59,321 nucleotides of DNA from a virus. Lineage: Duplodnaviria > Caudoviricetes. The notes beneath the pieces are model-generated. The model was not told where the DNA came from and made no database searches. It saw only the letters and a list, made by a program, of their open reading frames with translations. The position numbers and the translations under genes were made by a program. Location of the stretch: positions 1 to 59,321 of the IMG/VR virus record IMGVR_UViG_3300037882_001894. The stretch is one strand, 5' to 3'. Shown here piece by piece: positions 10,925 to 19,504 of the stretch (position 1 is the first letter of the stretch; each line of letters starts with the position of its first letter).

Positions 10925-11893
10925 ATGGACTATACAGCATCAATAATTCAATTATCAGACCAATTAGATAAGTTTAAAAAATCAGGAGATTATTATACAT
11001 TTAGATGTCCAATTTGTGGTGACTCGTCGATCAATTCTTACAAAACTAGGGGATATTTATTTAAAACCAAAAACGACAATTACGCCTACAAATGTCACAA
11101 TTGCGGAGTGAGTAAATCTTATAAAAACTTTCTCAAAGATCATTTTCCCCACAACCACCAACAATTGATTTACAGCAAGTATAAACAACAGGATATAACC
11201 ATAACAAAATCGCGTCCTGTTGTTTATAAACCAGTACTGTTTGACAATGTTCCTACTATTAAGGAATTACACAAAAACCACACAGCAAAGTTATACCTTG
11301 CTGAACGTAAAGCACCGCCATTTTGTTATAGTGAGTTTTTTTATGTGAAAAATTTTAAAGCATTTACAAACTCTCATAAACATACATATAACAACCTCGA
11401 TGTCGAAGAAGAAAGAATTGTATTCCCATTAATTATTGATGGCGTAATTGTAGGATATCAAGGTAGGTTAATATCCGGTAATGGATTACGTTATATTACA
11501 ATCATGCTCGATCCATATGCACCAAAAATATTTGGTATTGATGACCTAGATTTCCACCAGCCTATATACATTACTGAAGGGATTTTCGACTCTGTTTTTG
11601 TGCATAATTCTATCGCTATGTTGGGTAGTGATCTGAATGTAGATTTTCTGGATAAACATAAAAACAGCAAATTTGTATTTCTTTTTGACAATGAAAAATA
11701 TAGCGAGGTAATTATTAAAAAAATGAAAAAGGTGGTAAAGTTGGGTCACAGCATTGCTCTGTTTCCATCACACATAGAACAAAAAGACATTAATGATTGT
11801 GTACTGGCTGGTATTGATACCACACAAATTACTAATAATGTATATTCTGGTTTGAGGGCGTTAGTCGAAATTAAAAATTGGATTAAAATTTAG
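10925..11893 (+). CDS. gp61: DNA primase
   Basis: FRCPICGDS...RGY, CHNCG zinc finger, YQGR, TOPRIM ITEGIFDS, FDNE, KDIND. Confidence 0.95.
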   Translation: MDYTASIIQLSDQLDKFKKSGDYYTFRCPICGDSSINSYKTRGYLFKTKNDNYAYKCHNCGVSKSYKNFLKDHFPHNHQQLIYSKYKQQDITITKSRPVVYKPVLFDNVPTIKELHKNHTAKLYLAERKAPPFCYSEFFYVKNFKAFTNSHKHTYNNLDVEEERIVFPLIIDGVIVGYQGRLISGNGLRYITIMLDPYAPKIFGIDDLDFHQPIYITEGIFDSVFVHNSIAMLGSDLNVDFLDKHKNSKFVFLFDNEKYSEVIIKKMKKVVKLGHSIALFPSHIEQKDINDCVLAGIDTTQITNNVYSGLRALVEIKNWIKI

Positions 11894-11932
11894 TTTTTGT
11901 GCTATAATAAAAACCTATTAATTTGTAACTAC

Positions 11933-12634
11933 ATGTTCCATTGTAACGACAGTACCAATACATATTCCTTTGATCTACCTAACCACAATATTGATAAAAA
12001 TAGCAAGAAAAAACTAACACACAATCAATTATTCGTAGATAATAAACTACACGTATTAAACGTCATCACTGGTGAACTATATACCAATACCATTGATCTC
12101 TCTGCTGTACCACTACTAAAACAATATAATTTTGGTGTAGATAATAATGGTAGATTTGAAACAAGATCAAATGACAAAACTACATTTATACATGAACTAA
12201 TATGCAATCTCAAAACTAATAAGAATTGGGTGATTAATCATATAGATGGTGATCCCACAAACAACCAAAGATCAAATCTAGAATTAGTAACACAATGGTT
12301 CAACATTGCATTAATGAAAACTACTAATTCTTTGCCATTTGGTATAAAACATCATAATAATGGTAGTAGTTTTGTAACAGCAATTAATTTACCAACAATA
12401 AATCAAAAGATAACTTTTTGTTCGCTATTAACAGATTATCTCCAAAATATCCATTATCAGTTTGGGACTAAATCTGGTTTGGTGTCTCCACAAAGATATT
12501 TGAAAGAGACACCAAATTGGTTGCCAGACAACACTATAATCTTTACAGAAGCACATCAAGAAAAGCTAGATATGCTGATAGCAGAACATCTAGAGAATCA
12601 AGCAAAGTGGGATAAACCAGAATCAATATATTAG
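11933..12634 (+). mobile_element. HNH homing-endonuclease family, copy 1
   Basis: WVINHIDGDPTNNQRSNLELVT..FN; ATG 11933 aligns with the other copies. Confidence 0.85.
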
Positions 12635-12635
12635 C

Positions 12636-12664
12636 TTGACTTTAATATTTGTGTATGATATAAT
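12636..12664 (+). promoter_or_regulatory. Sigma70-type promoter directly after HNH copy 1
   Basis: TTGACT-17nt-TATAAT with TG. Confidence 0.75.
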
Positions 12665-12690
12665 TGATAAACAAGCAATGCACAATTAAA

Positions 12691-13347
12691 ATGTCCAAAG
12701 TAGCGTTCGTAGTAACTGATTTAGAAACTTTATCAACTCATGTAGCAATCGCACCTATTTTATCGATTGGTGCAGCAGTATTGGGGGTAGTTAATACTGA
12801 GGAAGGAAACTGGGTTGATGAATTACATTATAAAGGTTTCCATGAGATTGTAAATTATCCAGAACAATTGAAATTTGACAAATTTGTTAGTAAAACTACA
12901 TTAGATTGGTGGGAGAACCAAAATGATGATGCTAAGAAGTTGTTAGAAACATCTAGAACCACCAGCAATAATTTAGTACAATCTCTAATTTCTCTCTGTG
13001 GTTGGATCAACTCTATCAAAGCTGATCATGTAGTAGTATTGGGATATGGATCTAATTTTGATAACGCGATATTAGAAATAAACTATCAGGAGTATGGAAT
13101 TCCAATCCCTTGGGAATACAGGAATTCTTTATGCTTGAGAACTATTTTGAATCTATATACTCCTGTGGAAGAAGAAAATTCTATTGAAGCTGTAAAAAAA
13201 GAAGCAGCAATTTATACTAAATTCATTTTACAAGAAGAATTTTGTAAACACAATGCACTACATGATGCTGTGTACGAATCAGCCAAAGCAAGAATCATGT
13301 TTCCTTTACCATTTTGGTTAACAATCGCTAGACACATTATCAAATAA
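12691..13347 (+). CDS. DEDDh 3'-5' exonuclease (DexA / exonuclease VIII-like)
   Basis: TDLETLS, ILSIGA, TLDWW..Q, GSNFDNAIL, HNALHDA. Confidence 0.85.
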   Translation: MSKVAFVVTDLETLSTHVAIAPILSIGAAVLGVVNTEEGNWVDELHYKGFHEIVNYPEQLKFDKFVSKTTLDWWENQNDDAKKLLETSRTTSNNLVQSLISLCGWINSIKADHVVVLGYGSNFDNAILEINYQEYGIPIPWEYRNSLCLRTILNLYTPVEEENSIEAVKKEAAIYTKFILQEEFCKHNALHDAVYESAKARIMFPLPFWLTIARHIIK

Positions 13348-13350
13348 AAT

Positions 13351-15210
13351 ATGTTAGTACAAAAACGGGACGGATCTAAAGAACCATTAAATATCGATAA
13401 AATCCATCGGATGCTTGAATTAGCTTGTGATGGACTAGATGTATCCATGTCTTTAATTGAGACAACCAGCAAACTACAATTTTATGATGGTGTTACTACA
13501 AAATACATTCAAAATGTATTAATCGGTGCCACGAATAAACTTATTGATCTCGATACACCGGATTATCAATATGTGGCAGCAAGATTGTTGTTATTCGGAT
13601 TGTATAAAGATTTATACCCAAATTGGCAGACATATGGGTTGGGTTCCTTGTATCAACATCTCACTAGATTTAAAGACAAGTACGATGATGTTCTATATAA
13701 TGCTTACACCAAAGAAGAATGGGATGTCTTAGATACAGTAATAAATCATTACAAAGACTACAAATTTACTTATGTATCGTTACAGCAATTATTAGATAAA
13801 TATCTCATTCAAGATCGTGCTACTGGATTTATTTACGAAACTCCACAGTATGCTTACATGAATATTGCTGCTATGGTGTTTAGTAGTTATCCACCAGACA
13901 TCAGATTAGATAAAGTTATTGATTACTATCATGCTATTTCCAATCATGAGATTAATCTACCAACTCCGATTATGGCTGGTGTGAGAACTAAGCAAAAATC
14001 CTACGCTTCATGCGCCTTGTTGGATTTACAAGATAATATACAAAGTATTGGTGCTACTAATGCTGCTATTGGGATGCTTACTGCTGCCTCATCTGGTATT
14101 GGTTTAAATGTTGGCAGAATGCGTAGTATTGGTTCTAGTATTAGAAATGGTACTGTAATCCATCCTGGTATTGTACCATTCCTGAAAATATTTGAAGCTA
14201 CTGGTAAAGCCTTCAGCCAAGCAAATCGTGGTGGGAAAGTTACAGTATATGTTCCAATTTGGAATTACGAAATTGAGGACATTATCAGATTAAAAAATAA
14301 TCGGGGTACAGAAGAAAGTTCGGTAAGACATTTAGATTATTGTATTCAATTGTCTGGGATATTCTATAAACGGTTTTTGAATAACGAACCTATTACGTTA
14401 TTCTCCACTGATGATGTACCTGGATTATATGAGGCATTTGGTACAGATAAATTTGATGAATTGTATATGCATTATGAGAAACAAGACATCCGTAAGAAGA
14501 GTGTCTTAATGCAAAAATTATTCTTGGATTTGGTGGAAGAACGGTCTGGTACAGCAAGAATCTATATCATGAATATAGATCACGCTAATACGCACTCACC
14601 ATATGAAGAAACCGTTTGTATGTCAAATCTTTGTGTTGCACCAGAGACATTATTGCTCACTGATAAAGGATACATCCCTATTGGTGAACTACAGGATAAA
14701 CCAGTTACCATTTGGAATGGTGAAGAGTGGTCTAATACAATTGTACGAAAAACTGGTGTTAATCAAAAACTGATAAAAATTAGCTTTAAAGATCAAAACG
14801 CAAATGTTCACATAATTGAATGCACACCATACCACAAATTTAAAGTTCAATTAGAAAGATTTGTAGTAGAAGTACGTGCGGCATATTTGAAACGGGGTGA
14901 TAAAATACAAAATTATTGTCATCCAGAATTTGAACTTAAAGTCAAGAATCATCAAGACTGGTTAGTATATGATGTAGAGGATAATAATAGATATGATAAT
15001 ACATATTGTTTGACAGAACCAAAAAGAAATACGATGGTGTTGAATGGTGTACTCGCTGGTAACTGTGTCGAAATTATCCAACCTTCTCGACCTCTGAATG
15101 ATATAAATGATACTGGTGTGTATCAATACAAGGTAGCAGTCAAAAAAGACCGAATACATGAATTTGTGTCATTAAAAAACAATAATAAATTTTTGGAGTT
15201 CAAACCTTAA
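13351..15210 (+). CDS. nrdA: Class Ia ribonucleotide reductase alpha, N-terminal fragment (NrdA-a), with mini-intein
   Basis: ATP cone VQKRDG, YETPQ, PTPIMAG.RT, ASC (C225 equivalent), SNL[intein]CVEI (N437/C439/E441 equivalents); stops before the C462 equivalent. Confidence 0.93.
   Translation: MLVQKRDGSKEPLNIDKIHRMLELACDGLDVSMSLIETTSKLQFYDGVTTKYIQNVLIGATNKLIDLDTPDYQYVAARLLLFGLYKDLYPNWQTYGLGSLYQHLTRFKDKYDDVLYNAYTKEEWDVLDTVINHYKDYKFTYVSLQQLLDKYLIQDRATGFIYETPQYAYMNIAAMVFSSYPPDIRLDKVIDYYHAISNHEINLPTPIMAGVRTKQKSYASCALLDLQDNIQSIGATNAAIGMLTAASSGIGLNVGRMRSIGSSIRNGTVIHPGIVPFLKIFEATGKAFSQANRGGKVTVYVPIWNYEIEDIIRLKNNRGTEESSVRHLDYCIQLSGIFYKRFLNNEPITLFSTDDVPGLYEAFGTDKFDELYMHYEKQDIRKKSVLMQKLFLDLVEERSGTARIYIMNIDHANTHSPYEETVCMSNLCVAPETLLLTDKGYIPIGELQDKPVTIWNGEEWSNTIVRKTGVNQKLIKISFKDQNANVHIIECTPYHKFKVQLERFVVEVRAAYLKRGDKIQNYCHPEFELKVKNHQDWLVYDVEDNNRYDNTYCLTEPKRNTMVLNGVLAGNCVEIIQPSRPLNDINDTGVYQYKVAVKKDRIHEFVSLKNNNKFLEFKP
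14632..15063 (+). mobile_element. Mini-intein (144 aa, no endonuclease) at the thiyl-radical cysteine of NrdA
   Basis: SNL|CVAPETLLLTDKG ... ECTPYHKF ... TYCLTEP...VLNGVLAGN|CVEI. Confidence 0.92.
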
Positions 15211-15211
15211 T

Positions 15212-16183
15212 ATGTACGATCAACTTTTTAGAATTTTACAAGACGGCGATGCAGTATTAGACAATGAAATATTAGTAGAGAATGTTTCAATCATTGATCG
15301 CGAACCGCCTAATATTAGTAGCTGTATCTTAGGTGCCATCTCCTGGGATAAATTATCTGGTGATATGGACAAAAACTTTATTATCTTGAAACGATTATGT
15401 ATGTTAGAGATTGAATCTTTGAATAATATAATTGATCTCCAAGAATATAAAATTCCGTCTACGGAGATTGCTACCAGATGTGGCAGATATTTGGGAGTAG
15501 GGATTAATGGATTTGCTACATTTGCGGCTAGATTGGGGTTGACCTATAATGATCCAGAATTGTGGCAGATCACACATGATATTGCTGAGATGCAGATGTT
15601 TTTGTTGATGTCTGCTTCAAACAAATTAGCAAAAGATGTTGGTGAGTGCCAGTGGTTTTATAAGACAAAATATGCTAATGGTATTTTGCCAATCGATACT
15701 TATAAAAAGGCAGTTGATGAAATAGTTCCCAATGCCCTCAAAATGGACTGGGAAGGCTTGAGAAAATCAATTTATATGTATGGACTCAGAAACAGTGCTT
15801 TCGCGGCTGTAATGCCCGTACAGAGTTCATCTGTGATTAGTAACAGCACCAATGGGATTGAACTACCTCGCTCACCATTAACCATCATCAAATCTAAAAA
15901 TGGATTACTGAGACAGATTGTAAAAGATTTTGATAAATTGGAAGATAATTATACATATGCATGGGAGAAACCAACCAACAAAGGATACATCAATATCTGT
16001 GCAGTCATTCAGAAATTTTTCGATCAAAGTATATCAGCAAATGCATATTATGATCCATCATGGTATGGTGGTACTGTACCAATTTCCGTGATGACAGAGG
16101 ATATTTTGTATGCTTACAAAATGGGACTGAAGACACTATATTATTGCAATACTAACGATAATAGAGACGATATGGAGACTTGA
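15212..16183 (+). CDS. nrdA: Ribonucleotide reductase alpha, second fragment (NrdA-b)
   Basis: ISSCILGAI (C462 equivalent), LGVGING.A, GLRNS...A.MP..SSS.ISNSTNGIE, QKFFDQSISAN, GLKTLYY; no C-terminal CxxC. Confidence 0.93.
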   Translation: MYDQLFRILQDGDAVLDNEILVENVSIIDREPPNISSCILGAISWDKLSGDMDKNFIILKRLCMLEIESLNNIIDLQEYKIPSTEIATRCGRYLGVGINGFATFAARLGLTYNDPELWQITHDIAEMQMFLLMSASNKLAKDVGECQWFYKTKYANGILPIDTYKKAVDEIVPNALKMDWEGLRKSIYMYGLRNSAFAAVMPVQSSSVISNSTNGIELPRSPLTIIKSKNGLLRQIVKDFDKLEDNYTYAWEKPTNKGYINICAVIQKFFDQSISANAYYDPSWYGGTVPISVMTEDILYAYKMGLKTLYYCNTNDNRDDMET

Positions 16184-16208
16184 CAATTAGTTAGTGGTGA
16201 ACTATAAT
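16180..16208 (+). promoter_or_regulatory. Consensus sigma70 promoter overlapping the nrdA-b stop, with a late TAAATA at 16208-16213
   Basis: TTGACA-17nt-TATAAT; inverted repeat ttagtggtgaa (16191) / ttcaccactaa (16216). Confidence 0.8.
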
Positions 16209-16236
16209 AAATACATTCACCACTAATATAAAATAT

Positions 16237-16410
16237 ATGCAAGAATTGCTAACTGAAATTTTGCCAGATAAAGTAGAACCGCCACAGCCACAACTATTGA
16301 CTGAAGTTCTCCCTGTAACAGAATTTGAACTGAAAACAAAACCAAAACGAACACGAACATATAATTTAGAAATTGTCAATGATGGCGGTTGCTCTGCTTG
16401 CTCTTGTTAG
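16237..16410 (+). CDS. 57-aa peptide, putative stand-alone NrdA C-terminal CxxC tail (NrdA-c); not in ORF track
   Basis: MQELLTEILPDKVEPPQPQLLTEVLPVTEFELKTKPKRTRTYNLEIVNDGGCSACSC; own promoter and terminator. Confidence 0.75.
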   Translation: MQELLTEILPDKVEPPQPQLLTEVLPVTEFELKTKPKRTRTYNLEIVNDGGCSACSC

Positions 16411-16421
16411 CATAAAACCAT

Positions 16422-16455
16422 AAAACAATGCTCTCAGTCAGAGAGCATTGTTTTT
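16422..16455 (+). terminator. Rho-independent terminator
   Basis: aaaacaatgctctc-agtca-gagagcattgtttt. Confidence 0.85.
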
Positions 16456-16477
16456 CAACAGAATAATATAATAAATA

Positions 16478-18547
16478 ATGTCAGTAATAAACACAAATTC
16501 AAATATAGATTTTACAAAAGAACCGCAATTTTTTGGCGAAACTTTGGGAATTCAGCGATATGACCAGTATAAATATCCAGCATTACATCAGTTATACAAA
16601 ACACAAAAAAATTATTATTGGTCGCCTTCTGAAATATCCCTACAGAAAGACAGAGGCGATTATTCAACATTAACTGCTAATGAAAAGTTTATCTATACTT
16701 CTAATTTAAAATATCAAATTTTATTAGATAGTATTCAATCTCGATCTACAAGTTTAGCATTTTTGCCATTTGTATCTTTACCAGAACTGGAAAAGAACAT
16801 CATCGTTTGGAGTTTCTTTGAAACTATCCATAGTGAATCCTATACTCATATTATTGAAAATGTATATAGTGAACCATCCACTGTGTTTGATCACATATTA
16901 AACGATGTGGAAATTATTAAACGTTCCAATAGTGTTACAAAATATTACGATGAATTTATTAAACTTTCCTCAGCTTATTATAACAATGATATTGTTAAAG
17001 AATTAGTAAATGATAATAATCTCACTGCCAGATCTCTATTATTAGATTTGAAGCGGTCATTGTACCTATCAATGGTGAATGTTAATATTTTAGAAGGTAT
17101 TAGATTTTATACTTCTTTTGCTTGTTCATTCGCATTTGCTGAAAATAGTAAAATGATCGGTTCAGCAGACATTATATCATTGATTGCTAGAGATGAAGCT
17201 TGTTACACACCAGCACACGAATGTTTAACACAATCTGGATGGAAATATATTAAAAATGTAACATTAGATGATAAAGTATTGCAATTTAATAGTAACAATA
17301 CTGTGGAATTTGTAAACCCCACAGACATAATAACTAAAAAATACCAAGATGAACTATATCATTTTTATGATGATCATGATACTTTTGAGCAGATAGTCAC
17401 TAAAGATCATCGAATGATTTGGCGAGATCTTACTAATGGTAGGTTGCGAGAATCCACCGCCGAAAATACAGCTTTTACAACTAGTTATAAAGCTGTAATT
17501 TTGAGTGGGTTGTTATTGGAAGGGGAAATCGAGATTTCCCCAATTGAAATATTAAACATATTTTTTGAATATTGTGGTAGAGTAATGGCGGTATCTGGTG
17601 ATAATCTTGATCTACAAATGACATTAAAAAATGTTGATTGGTGGCGGATACTTGGTGCAGCTTTGACTAAATTAGGGATCTCCTATGATTATAAAGTTAA
17701 CTATAAAACTAGTGTATACACAGTAACATTAACTGTACCAACTATTACACTAAAGAAATATTTTGGTTGGGTAGATATTAAAGGCAAATCCACTATATGG
17801 GCACAGAATGTAATAAAACTTTGTCGCATACTAAGCAACAATATTAATTATACTACACATACCGAACCAAAGTTTAAATTTTATGTTAATAATGCAGCAT
17901 CATTATTAAAAATTCAGGAATTGTTTGCTATTTCTTATTGGAAGATACGTGCTTCAAAACACTACAAGATCAATCATGGACATACTATCACTGTAGATAC
18001 TAGCAGAAATCATGTCAAAACAAATAATATCCAAATTAAAAAAATACAATATTCTGGATTAGTGCATTGTTTGACAGTACCATCTGGTGCATTTTTAGTC
18101 CGACATAATGGTAAAGTATCAGTTGGTGGTAATTGTCATCGTAGACTGAGCGAAACTGTTATAAAAAATTGGCAGAATGGCGACGATCCTGATTTTACTG
18201 ATATCATTAAAGAAGAAGAATTGACCGTCTATGATATGTTTAGAACTGCTGTAGATGAAGAAATTGCTTGGGCGAATCATTTATTCAAGGACGGTAGTGT
18301 ATTAGGATTGAATGCAGAAATTTTGACTCAATATATCAAATTTACTGCTAATCAAAGATTAAAATCTCTTAATCTTAAACCATTGTTTCCTGATATTAGT
18401 AAGAAAAATCCAATCCCCTGGATCGATAATTATCTAAAATCTTCAAATATATCTGTTGCCCCAATGGAGACTGAGATCATATCGTATATGATTGGTAACG
18501 TTGTTCGTGACGTAGCGGAAAATCAATTTGCTAATTTTGAATTATGA
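16478..18547 (+). CDS. nrdB: Class Ia ribonucleotide reductase beta subunit with intein
   Basis: WSPSEISL, LLDSIQ, ETIHSESY, LEGIRFYTSFAC, RDEA/CH, APMETEI.SY. Confidence 0.95.
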   Translation: MSVINTNSNIDFTKEPQFFGETLGIQRYDQYKYPALHQLYKTQKNYYWSPSEISLQKDRGDYSTLTANEKFIYTSNLKYQILLDSIQSRSTSLAFLPFVSLPELEKNIIVWSFFETIHSESYTHIIENVYSEPSTVFDHILNDVEIIKRSNSVTKYYDEFIKLSSAYYNNDIVKELVNDNNLTARSLLLDLKRSLYLSMVNVNILEGIRFYTSFACSFAFAENSKMIGSADIISLIARDEACYTPAHECLTQSGWKYIKNVTLDDKVLQFNSNNTVEFVNPTDIITKKYQDELYHFYDDHDTFEQIVTKDHRMIWRDLTNGRLRESTAENTAFTTSYKAVILSGLLLEGEIEISPIEILNIFFEYCGRVMAVSGDNLDLQMTLKNVDWWRILGAALTKLGISYDYKVNYKTSVYTVTLTVPTITLKKYFGWVDIKGKSTIWAQNVIKLCRILSNNINYTTHTEPKFKFYVNNAASLLKIQELFAISYWKIRASKHYKINHGHTITVDTSRNHVKTNNIQIKKIQYSGLVHCLTVPSGAFLVRHNGKVSVGGNCHRRLSETVIKNWQNGDDPDFTDIIKEEELTVYDMFRTAVDEEIAWANHLFKDGSVLGLNAEILTQYIKFTANQRLKSLNLKPLFPDISKKNPIPWIDNYLKSSNISVAPMETEIISYMIGNVVRDVAENQFANFEL
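17201..18133 (+). mobile_element. Intein (311 aa) in NrdB, endonuclease apparently degenerate
   Basis: RDEA|CYTPAHECLTQSGW ... VTKDHRM ... VHCLTVPSGAFLVRHNGKVSVGGN|CH. Confidence 0.9.
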
Positions 18548-19239
18548 TCCATTATAACGACAGCACCAATCTACATTCTTTCGATCTCCCCAATCACAAT
18601 GTTACTAAATCCACTAATACTATAAAAACATATAATCAATTATTCGTAGATAATAAACTACACGTACTAAACACCATCACTGGTCATTTCTATACCAGCA
18701 CTATCGATATTTCTGCTGTACCACTACTAAAACAATATAATTTTGGTGTAGATAGTGCTGGTAGATTTAAAACATGGATAAATAGAAAAACTACATACAT
18801 ATACGAACTAATATGCAATATTAAAACTAATAAGAATTGGGTGATCAATCATATAGATGGTGATTCTAACAACAACCAAAGAGCAAATCTAGAATTAGTA
18901 ACAAATTGGTTCAATACTGCATTGAAGAAAACTACTAATTCTTTACCATTAGGTATGACCCATCATGGTACTAGTTTTAAAACACAAATTTGTCTACCAA
19001 CTACCACACAAAAGATAACTTTTTGTTCGCTATCAACAGATTATCTCCAAAATATCCATTATCAATTTGGTACTAAATCTGGATTAGTATCTCCAGCAAG
19101 ATATTTACAATCCACACCAAATTGTTTGCCTGACAACAGCATAATATTTAAACCAGCACATCAAGAAAAGTTAGATGTGCTGGTGAGAGAGCATCTAGAG
19201 AATCAAGCAAAATGGAATAAACCTACTCCAATATATTGA
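18544..19239 (+). mobile_element. HNH homing-endonuclease family, copy 2
   Basis: MIHYNDSTN... WVINHIDGDSNNNQRANLELVTNWFN; ATGA overlap with nrdB stop. Confidence 0.85.
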
Positions 19240-19268
19240 TTGACTCTAGCATTAATATATGATATAAT
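19240..19268 (+). promoter_or_regulatory. Sigma70-type promoter directly after HNH copy 2
   Basis: TTGACT-17nt-TATAAT. Confidence 0.75.
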
Positions 19269-19315
19269 TAGTAGTAACAAACTTAAAATCGGATAAAAAA
19301 ATATCTACCATCATT

Positions 19316-19474
19316 ATGATATTAGCTGCATCTGATGTATCATCATATCAATATGCTGCATTAGACTTGTTGGAATGCAGACCGGATAAGATTGAATTAA
19401 TCTCAGTAGTTTGTGGTATTTTGTATAATAAAGAACTTGATCAGTACATAAAGGATAGATTATTAGTGTTATAG
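19316..19474 (+). CDS. Small hypothetical protein (52 aa, not in ORF track)
   Basis: MILAASDVSSYQYAALDLLECRPDKIELISVVCGILYNKELDQYIKDRLLVL downstream of the promoter. Confidence 0.4.
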   Translation: MILAASDVSSYQYAALDLLECRPDKIELISVVCGILYNKELDQYIKDRLLVL

Positions 19475-19504
19475 CTAAATATTTAATATACTTTATGGAA
19501 GAAA

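Noticed and set aside
11897-11932. Longer starts given for HNH copies (11897, 32008, 46074) and for ORFs 303, 5393, 12664, 25499, 26678, 54822
   Set aside because: They run through promoter elements or upstream genes; paralogue alignment and motifs favour the downstream ATGs
15118-15310. Split intein or group I intron at the nrdA-a/nrdA-b junction
   Set aside because: The tails have no N-terminal Cys/Ser block or terminal HN/GN, and ~190 nt without recognisable core elements is short for a group I intron
16191-16379. Minus-strand 62-aa ORF in the ORF track
   Set aside because: Antisense shadow of the plus-strand 57-aa ORF, which has a promoter, terminator and meaningful motif
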